35,201 nucleotides of DNA from IMG/VR virus record IMGVR_UViG_3300025644_000310, positions 1 to 35,201 of that record. One strand, given 5' to 3'. This stretch comes from a virus. Shown here piece by piece: positions 28,800 through 35,201 of the stretch; the stretch's first letter is position 1; the number at the start of each line of letters is the position of its first letter. Under the pieces are notes generated by a model. It did no database searches. It worked only from the letters and a program-made list of their open reading frames with translations, and was not told the origin of the DNA. Made by a program: the position numbers and the translations under genes.

Positions 28800-30416
28800 T
28801 TACATGGAATTTGTACATATTCCCTTTGATATCCACCATGAAGTGTTGTTACAAACAATACTACCTTTTAGCGTGGTATAAGAAGGAGCGTGGTTCAAAT
28901 TGTTGCTCTGTGCTGAGTAATAATAACAGGCTGTAGGGGCGCTAGGATAGTGCACAGTCCATGAATATCCATACGTCAGCCAATTGAGCCAGGGCGGAGC
29001 CGCACATGCCACATTATGCATTATCACTCCGTTAGCATAATAATAATCCTGGGGTTCAACATTAAGTTCGTGAATAGGAAACACCTGTGTTGAAGATGAA
29101 ACAACCGAAAAACTTGTTATCTTTAATGGTTGTCCGTCCTCACCTGCCAAATAATCTCCAACCGACAACTCTATTGTTGGTTTAAATTTCCATTTATTTT
29201 CACTTCCGCTAGTCAAAAGGTTTGTAAATGTACCAAATTTCTTATCACCATTTATTACGGTATATGAATCTGTATATCTATCAGCCCACTTTTCGGTGAC
29301 CTCAACATTTGATTGGGATGGTATTGACAAGCTTGAAGTTTCCCAAAGTTTCCACAAATAATTACCACACTTGTTAGCGTACCCATCCGATTCATCGGGT
29401 AACCCACTAATATTACGGACTTTTAAGAACGACCCTGTAACTACATTTTCTATGTTTGTATAACTGTCATCAGACATTAATACTTGACTTCCTGTCATAG
29501 CACCCTTTCGTGTAATAGTAGTAGTTGCATAAGAACCCGAATCACCTGATAAAATATAATGAGGTAATTGAGTTTGAAAAACATTCACATCCGCTGTAAT
29601 TGAACCACGTGGTTGTAAAAAAATATTTTCTTGTGGAGTCAGCATCACAATGCCCCTCACCTCGGAATAATAGGCTCCATTATAATTTAAATCGGGTTGG
29701 ATAAACTCCTCACAATAAGATTGAGAAAGTAAATAATCTTTATTATCATCCGTTATATCATAAAACTGAAAAGAATTCATAAGTAAAGTTTGATAATCTA
29801 CTGTGGGGTCTTTAATAAGTACATCTGGAACACCAACACCATTAGAAAATCCATCAGGTAAATCTGCCATTTTTCTTGGCATCAAAGATTCAATTCCAGA
29901 TGAAGATGCGAAATTCCTAAATTCTCTTTTATCCGATGCTAAATAATCAATAGGACTTGCAGAATCAAATCCAAATCGTAACACAAAAGTAGTATTAGGA
30001 ACATCAAAATCTGGTACCGGAGTAGGATAGGAGGGCTGAACATAAATACTTGATGTAAACCCATCTATGTCCAAACTGGCTGTTATATCACCCACTAAGT
30101 TCAAAGATGGTATAACAGTTCCTTCTTCATTTCGTGTAACCAAAACTATAGTGTCATAATTATTTGCTTTCCACCAAGTAACTGCACTATCTAAAAAATT
30201 AGTTTCAGGTGGAGTTTGAATATTCGTGTTAAGTTCTAATAACTTTAATGATCCACTTGAAGGGACCCAATCATATCCGGCAATTACTCCATAATTATCA
30301 CCCTTTCCCGACCAATATTCAGGATTACTTCCTGTTAAAAAGGGAGCGGCAGCTTGCAAAGACTGAGTTACAATAGAACTACTATAATTATTAAAACTAA
30401 AATAATTTAATTTCAT
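28800..30416 (-). CDS. Circularly permuted ATP-grasp-like domain + Hint domain + 70-aa Cys/aromatic-rich C-terminal peptide
   Basis: N-terminal GYDW...LLELNTN, later IKDP, EEFIQP, EVRG; Hint 29013-29504 (GAMTGSQVLMSD...ELNVEPQDYYYANGVIMHN). Confidence 0.7.
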   Translation of the reverse strand: MKLNYFSFNNYSSSIVTQSLQAAAPFLTGSNPEYWSGKGDNYGVIAGYDWVPSSGSLKLLELNTNIQTPPETNFLDSAVTWWKANNYDTIVLVTRNEEGTVIPSLNLVGDITASLDIDGFTSSIYVQPSYPTPVPDFDVPNTTFVLRFGFDSASPIDYLASDKREFRNFASSSGIESLMPRKMADLPDGFSNGVGVPDVLIKDPTVDYQTLLMNSFQFYDITDDNKDYLLSQSYCEEFIQPDLNYNGAYYSEVRGIVMLTPQENIFLQPRGSITADVNVFQTQLPHYILSGDSGSYATTTITRKGAMTGSQVLMSDDSYTNIENVVTGSFLKVRNISGLPDESDGYANKCGNYLWKLWETSSLSIPSQSNVEVTEKWADRYTDSYTVINGDKKFGTFTNLLTSGSENKWKFKPTIELSVGDYLAGEDGQPLKITSFSVVSSSTQVFPIHELNVEPQDYYYANGVIMHNVACAAPPWLNWLTYGYSWTVHYPSAPTACYYYSAQSNNLNHAPSYTTLKGSIVCNNTSWWISKGICTNSM

Positions 30417-30841
30417 TTAATTTCTTCCCAATTACATTTTTTAAATACATTTATGCTTTTTATATTCCACCCATCTACCATACTATAAATATCAATTTTC
30501 TTCTTATTTACCAAATTTGTAATTGAATATATTAATTGCTCTCCATATCCCGTATTTCTATAATCTTTATGTACATATAAATTACAAAGTTCATTTTCTA
30601 TGATATTAAACCAAACCCACCCCACGATTTTATTATTTATTTCTAAAATATTAAAATACCATCCATCTTTTAATCGTTGTTTTGCATCTTCCATCGACCA
30701 CATATCTTCCCAATTCAATTCTACTTGAAATTCATCTAGAGCCCGTTTTAATTTTTCTTCATCTAATTCAAAAACTTGATTTATTTCTGGTATAATGTCA
30801 ACTTCTTTATAATTTATTAAATCCGGTTTAAATTTAATCAT
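30413..30841 (-). CDS. GNAT acetyltransferase
   Basis: IVGWVW, LYVHKDYRNTGYGEQL acetyl-CoA motif, NIKSINVFKK. Confidence 0.88.
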   Translation of the reverse strand: MIKFKPDLINYKEVDIIPEINQVFELDEEKLKRALDEFQVELNWEDMWSMEDAKQRLKDGWYFNILEINNKIVGWVWFNIIENELCNLYVHKDYRNTGYGEQLIYSITNLVNKKKIDIYSMVDGWNIKSINVFKKCNWEEIK

Positions 30842-30998
30842 TTATTGATGTCCAATTCATATTCATAGATAGAAAACGGTGAACCATATAATTGGACCAA
30901 TTTTTCTTTTCTTTATCATTGAGCGTATCCCAATAACCTTTTGTTTGTTTTCCTGTTATATGATTTATGTGGTCAAACAGTGTTTTTGTTTTGGTCAT
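30834..30998 (-). pseudogene. Truncated 5' copy of the gp62-like gene (54 aa)
   Basis: MTKTKTLFDHINHITGKQTKGYWDTLNDKEKKNWSNYMVHRFLSMNMNWTSIND*; directly follows 30999..31274. Confidence 0.85.
30852..30992. repeat. Direct repeat copy B (141 bp)
   Basis: Matches 24851-24991; 30895-30992 identical to 24894-24991. Confidence 0.95.
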
Positions 30999-31274
30999 CT
31001 ACAAATCTAATCTGGAAAGTGAATCATCTTTAGGCTCTTCTTCTATTCCACTACCTTCTAAAAATACCTTTGGGACTTTTCCGCATTGGCCACATGAGTA
31101 TACTTGGATCGGAACGAGTGCTTCTTGTCCGGTGGGTGATAGGATTGCAGATATTCTCTTTATTATGTGTGAAGTAATAAATAGATAATTTCCACAATCA
31201 TCACATTTTATTGTGTCTGCCTTTGTTAAATCAACCTTTTGTTGAATCTGTTGTGGTGGTTTTCGTTTAGCCAT
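30999..31274 (-). CDS. Small Zn-ribbon protein
   Basis: CDDC ... CGQC. Confidence 0.75.
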   Translation of the reverse strand: MAKRKPPQQIQQKVDLTKADTIKCDDCGNYLFITSHIIKRISAILSPTGQEALVPIQVYSCGQCGKVPKVFLEGSGIEEEPKDDSLSRLDL

Positions 31275-32055
31275 TTTGTAACTCCTCTAATGTAACCATT
31301 TCAACTCCGTGTTTCTGAACTACACGAGTTGTACATTTCTGTGCAAATTGTATTGCACTTTCTATGTTATTTGTTTCTAAATATTCCTTAACAAGTCCAG
31401 CTATAAATGTATCACCTGCCCCACTAACATCTTTAACTGGAACTTTTTCTACTGAAAATACTTTATCTTTATATCTACATCCATTACCTCCAAGTGTAAC
31501 TATAAGTTTATCATCAAATCCTTCTTCAGATAGTAGTTCGTGATTTTTCTGATATTCTAACTCGTTTATTTTTATGAAATCTGCACACTGTATCCACTTA
31601 CCAAGTTTTTTCTTTGTATCTACAAATACATTATTATTATTTTCACAAATGAATTGTATATCTTCTTCTTCTAAAAATCCCTTACAGTAATCTGAAATAA
31701 TGATTGCGTCAAGCTTGGTTTTGTGTCCAAATATTGGAGTAAATGAATTATCTACTATGCCACTTAGTATTTTCTTATCTATTCTATCACAATAATCATG
31801 TTCATCAACTCGTAATACCATTTGATTTGACCGACTATCCACGTAACGCTTCTTCACAATACTAGTTTCATTTGTAAGTGAATATACAGTCATTTCTAAT
31901 GATTCAACATTATTCACCACATTTTTAGACATTCCTTCATTTTTAGTTTCATGTGTTGGAACAAATATTGGAACTGGGGCCTCTGGACTTATTCTATGTA
32001 TATCACCGTATATAAACACATCTAAGCATTTATCTCCAATGACTAAAACATTCAT
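31267..32055 (-). CDS. rfaE: RfaE/HldE-like PfkB kinase (heptose-7-phosphate kinase-like)
   Basis: VIGDKCLD, RISPEAPVP, ISDYCKG, KINELE, DVSGAGDTF. Confidence 0.88.
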   Translation of the reverse strand: MNVLVIGDKCLDVFIYGDIHRISPEAPVPIFVPTHETKNEGMSKNVVNNVESLEMTVYSLTNETSIVKKRYVDSRSNQMVLRVDEHDYCDRIDKKILSGIVDNSFTPIFGHKTKLDAIIISDYCKGFLEEEDIQFICENNNNVFVDTKKKLGKWIQCADFIKINELEYQKNHELLSEEGFDDKLIVTLGGNGCRYKDKVFSVEKVPVKDVSGAGDTFIAGLVKEYLETNNIESAIQFAQKCTTRVVQKHGVEMVTLEELQNG

Positions 32056-32056
32056 A

Positions 32057-32266
32057 TTATTCTATCACATCCATTATTCTGGATTCTTTTGCTGATTTTA
32101 CTTCAAATGAAAATGGTGAATCTTTTAACCACTCATGTGCTTTGGTTTCTGCGATACTTACTGAATCACATTCTACCAAATAATTCCTACGGACTTTCTT
32201 TTCTTTTGATCCGTTTTTTGTTTGTATTTCTTCTATAAAAACTACCTGTACTTCGTAATAACTCAT
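32057..32266 (-). CDS. Small protein, DUF4494-like
   Basis: YYEVQV...EKKVRRNYLVECDSVSIAE...VKSAKES pattern. Confidence 0.55.
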   Translation of the reverse strand: MSYYEVQVVFIEEIQTKNGSKEKKVRRNYLVECDSVSIAETKAHEWLKDSPFSFEVKSAKESRIMDVIE

Positions 32267-32281
32267 TTTTGTAACTCCTGT

Positions 32282-33010
32282 TTATTTTATTATATTTAAT
32301 ATATTAATCATTGTTGCCATAAAATTTATTTCTCTATCCACGATGTTTTTTTCTCTAAACTGACCTTCAGCCAGTTCTAATATACATTCCGCGACATGAC
32401 CACTCGCCCATGAATCCAGTTCATCAAATAGTAATCTGAACATATCAGCAAATTCTGTAACTTGGGTGTCTGCTAATAATTGTCGTATATTCTTAAATGC
32501 GCTCTTCTTATCTTGTGACTTTAGTATTTCTAATAATTTTAATTTGTAATCATTTTCAACCATACTACGTTTATCAACAGTCAATTTACCATTTATAGAT
32601 TGCTGTTGGACTGAATTGATTATTCGTCTAATGTCTGGATACCCACTATTAACGTTCAATACTATGTCCTCTACGTTGTATTCTATTTCTTCCTTATCCA
32701 ATATACCCTTTATATGTACTGCAATTTCTTTTTTGGATGGTGGAATTATCTGAAATGTTTGACATCTACTTTGGATTGGATCAATTATTCGTTCTACATA
32801 ATTACAGGTTAGAATAAACCGAGAATGTTTACTGAACGTTTCCATTAGATTTCGTAGTGCTGCTTGACCTTGTGGGGTGACGAAATCACAATTATGTGTA
32901 AGTGTTTCTGTTTTACCTATTACGAAATTATGATTACCGTCAACTGACAAGTCATACACGTGCTGGGTGTCTTTTAATTTTTTTATAGATTTAATCTTTA
33001 TCTTGTTCAC
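32282..33010 (-). CDS. Split intein C-part (40 aa) + C-terminal 202 aa of clamp loader (gp44/RFC small subunit)
   Basis: VYDLSVDGNHNFV...LTHN|CDFVTPQGQAALRN, FILTCNY, PIQSRC, PDIRRIIN; GTG start. Confidence 0.95.
   Translation of the reverse strand: MNKIKIKSIKKLKDTQHVYDLSVDGNHNFVIGKTETLTHNCDFVTPQGQAALRNLMETFSKHSRFILTCNYVERIIDPIQSRCQTFQIIPPSKKEIAVHIKGILDKEEIEYNVEDIVLNVNSGYPDIRRIINSVQQQSINGKLTVDKRSMVENDYKLKLLEILKSQDKKSAFKNIRQLLADTQVTEFADMFRLLFDELDSWASGHVAECILELAEGQFREKNIVDREINFMATMINILNIIK
32891..33010 (-). other. Int-C of a naturally split intein
   Basis: Blocks F/G, terminal His-Asn, +1 Cys at 32888-32890; six Lys in the first 13 residues. Confidence 0.93.
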
Positions 33011-33884
33011 TATAACCTATTCCCACATACATTTTATTTAATTGTATTTTGTTATTATCAATAAATATTTCTGAATTTATATAATCCATAATATTATTTT
33101 CATTTATCCACTTGAATTTATATCCACTCACATCACAATGTTTTATTAAGCTGTCTATTTTTTTTGTTTGTTTTAAGAAAAAACTTCTTGGTTTTATTTC
33201 ATACAATATCTTTGTATCTTTATCGTAAAAATCACCCATATAAACTCTACCATTATCCGTTTTTTTAGTTCTACATTCCTTACTTTCATATTCTAAATGT
33301 TGATTACTATACCAAAAACAAGCTTCCCACGAATTCCTAAACTTTTTAACTTTACCATTAACTTCTATTATAGCATCCCAATGTGTAAATGTATTTGTTA
33401 TTGGTGGTGTAAATTCACCATTGGAAATCTTTTCTCTCATCAACTTTGAGTTTAATTTTGCATTTCTTTTTATATTAGCCTTACCCTTTTCAGTCTGGTT
33501 AAACTCTTTCATCTTTTTAGAATTGTGTTTTCCAAGTTGTGTATAAAATTGTTTAGCTTCATCCGATTGTAACCATTTTTTCTTTGTATGTTGTATCTTT
33601 TTAGCAATTTTTATATTATCTCGTTTTCGCATCCATACTCTATTACCGACACACTGATTACAATATTTTCCATTATTTTTTGTATGAAATCTAGAATCAC
33701 AATGTTCACATTCTTTCAACCTACCTATTTTTTTACATTCATAACATAACAATTGATTCGACGCTTTAGCTACATAATCTTTACCACAACTGTCACAAAT
33801 CTTATCATAATAATGAACTCCACCAAGGCCATTTCTATTTGCGGCATCTCTTAACTTTTGCCTTGTAGATTTTTTTATACTCAT
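32991..33884 (-). CDS. Free-standing endonuclease (TnsA-like PD-(D/E)XK) between the split-intein halves
   Basis: Multiple CxxC; FRNSWEA...LEYE...YMGDF...YEIKP; own ATATTTAT motif (33907-33914) and GGAG RBS. Confidence 0.8.
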   Translation of the reverse strand: MSIKKSTRQKLRDAANRNGLGGVHYYDKICDSCGKDYVAKASNQLLCYECKKIGRLKECEHCDSRFHTKNNGKYCNQCVGNRVWMRKRDNIKIAKKIQHTKKKWLQSDEAKQFYTQLGKHNSKKMKEFNQTEKGKANIKRNAKLNSKLMREKISNGEFTPPITNTFTHWDAIIEVNGKVKKFRNSWEACFWYSNQHLEYESKECRTKKTDNGRVYMGDFYDKDTKILYEIKPRSFFLKQTKKIDSLIKHCDVSGYKFKWINENNIMDYINSEIFIDNNKIQLNKMYVGIGYSEQDKD

Positions 33885-33948
33885 TTAACATCTCCATTGT
33901 TCATATATAAATATAACCAACTTGTGTTTTTCGAGTAAAAAAATCTAA

Positions 33949-34566
33949 CTATGGTGATAAAATATGATTATAGTTATCCAACTGATTTGTTTTAACTACA
34001 ATTGGATTACCATTTTTATCTTCGACGTACCATTTATGATCTTCAGTGCAAACAACTACTTCACCATTTTCAAGTTCAATCTCATACACCTCTTGTTCAC
34101 CCTTATCCCACAAGTGGAATGGTCTCCACTGCCATTCTTCTTTTTCAACATTCCAAGATTTAACTAAATCATTGTTTTCATCAACATCTTTTATCGGAAC
34201 TTGAATCTGTTCCCCATTCGATAATACAGTAACTAATGTATTTTCATCCAAACACTCATCAAGTACGACCACCTTTAAATCTTTAAATCCAATAGTTGAT
34301 ACGAATCCTTTTATTTTATTTCTAACAGAATCTACACTATTTTCATCACTCGCATTTATGTAAATATAGTCACATTCAATACTATTTGAGAGTATTTTTG
34401 CGAGAGTTGTCTTACCGGTTCCAGCTGGACCAAATAATAGTAAGTGTGGGATGTCTCCACTTTCCAAATAAACCCTTACCTTTTCCTTTAGGTGGTCATT
34501 ACCAATGTAAGTGTCAAGATTAGTGGGCCGATATTTTTCTACCCATAGGGTATGTTCAGTTTGCAT
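33949..34566 (-). CDS. Clamp loader (gp44/RFC small subunit) N-terminal 104 aa + split intein N-part (101 aa)
   Basis: WVEKYRP, GPAGTGKTT (Walker A), INASDE, VVVLDE (Walker B) then CLDENT...CTEDHKW and stop. Confidence 0.95.
   Translation of the reverse strand: MQTEHTLWVEKYRPTNLDTYIGNDHLKEKVRVYLESGDIPHLLLFGPAGTGKTTLAKILSNSIECDYIYINASDENSVDSVRNKIKGFVSTIGFKDLKVVVLDECLDENTLVTVLSNGEQIQVPIKDVDENNDLVKSWNVEKEEWQWRPFHLWDKGEQEVYEIELENGEVVVCTEDHKWYVEDKNGNPIVVKTNQLDNYNHILSP
33952..34254 (-). other. Int-N of a naturally split intein
   Basis: Cys1 block A, TxxH block B (TEDH); strongly acidic (about 22 D/E vs 8 K/R by hand count). Confidence 0.93.
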
Positions 34567-35200
34567 TTTTTAATTCCTGTAAATATTTATTAAATTCTTC
34601 TTCAAAATCTTTTGATGACATTTTATTTTCTGAGAATCCACCTTTGAGATGAGTTAGAAATGGTTTATCCTTATAGAAATATGTATGTAACGTATCTTCC
34701 GTTTCCCAATTTGGATTATCATAATAGGGACCCAAATGAAGATATTTTAAATCGTTTTCAAGACAATAGATAGTTGCACCATGATTTGTATCACCATATC
34801 TCCAGTCTATATCATAAATATCAAAAAACTTTCTCTTAGACAAGAAAAAATACGCATCTGCAAATCCAATCTTTTTAGTCTTTATATATCCACCATTTTC
34901 TGGTCTTATTATTACTGGTTGTTGCGAATATTCCTTAATATATTTATCTAAAAAATCTTTATTTAATAAATAAGTTGAAATCCATATTTTTTTGTTATCA
35001 ACTGAAATATATTCAAGTTCTTCTTCTTCTATTTGTTCAATCATCTCATCTATACAATCTTGATGATAAAAAGTATCATTGTGTTGTAATACAACATATT
35101 CTCCTTTTGCCTCTTGTACTCCTAAATGAAATGCCACAGATACCCACATAGTTAAACAACCAAGATTATCCAAACTTGCCTGAATATCTTTATGATTCAT
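34556..35200 (-). CDS. GT2-like glycosyltransferase, 5' end outside the window
   Basis: LGVQEAKGEYVVLQHND GT-A motif. Confidence 0.65.
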   Translation of the reverse strand: MNHKDIQASLDNLGCLTMWVSVAFHLGVQEAKGEYVVLQHNDTFYHQDCIDEMIEQIEEEELEYISVDNKKIWISTYLLNKDFLDKYIKEYSQQPVIIRPENGGYIKTKKIGFADAYFFLSKRKFFDIYDIDWRYGDTNHGATIYCLENDLKYLHLGPYYDNPNWETEDTLHTYFYKDKPFLTHLKGGFSENKMSSKDFEEEFNKYLQELKNAN

Positions 35201-35201
35201 A

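Noticed and set aside
28772-28858. N-terminal extension of track ORF 27620..28858
   Set aside because: Overlaps the upstream gene; ATG 28771 has an RBS and begins the Grx domain
29013-29504. Splicing-competent intein in 28800..30416
   Set aside because: Gly at position 1 and Val at +1; both nucleophiles needed for splicing are missing
1440-34167. Plus-strand ORFs in the track (e.g. 1440..1724, 14504..14839, 15980..16387, 21688..22017, 22039..22368)
   Set aside because: All lie antisense to well-supported minus-strand genes and have shadow-ORF composition with no motifs
1-35201. tRNA, rRNA, CRISPR arrays, integrase/transposase
   Set aside because: None recognisable by eye; intergenic space is minimal; tRNAscan-SE and a CRISPR finder would confirm

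Overview
AT-rich, densely coding 35 kb segment with essentially all real genes on the minus strand. It is most consistent with a large T4-like bacteriophage genome (inference from gp44/RFC-type and gp62-type clamp-loader subunits, free-standing homing endonucleases, AGGAG-type RBSs and a sigma70-like promoter). Left half (1-16.8 kb): glycan biosynthesis cluster with many glycosyltransferases, gmd, an epimerase, C- and FkbM-type methyltransferases and a radical SAM/SPASM enzyme. Middle: PD-(D/E)XK exonuclease, thioredoxin, DUF1599, ClpP, DNA amino-methyltransferase and gp62, interleaved with homing endonucleases; five occur in the window, two broken by single nonsense codons. Highlights: (1) a ~5.9 kb island bounded by a 141-bp direct repeat of the gp62 5' end, encoding a permuted ATP-grasp-like/Hint/Cys-aromatic peptide fusion plus GNAT, glutaredoxin-sulfotransferase, porin-like, EamA and LplA-like genes; (2) a clamp-loader gene fractured by a naturally split intein with a free-standing endonuclease between the halves; (3) a candidate programmed stop-hop (CUU UGA CUC directly after a 51-nt hairpin) in a glycosyltransferase; (4) a GIY-YIG element that appears to have replaced the 3' end of its host gene, leaving the old 3' end orphaned. 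All family assignments come from motif recognition by eye; no database searches were run.
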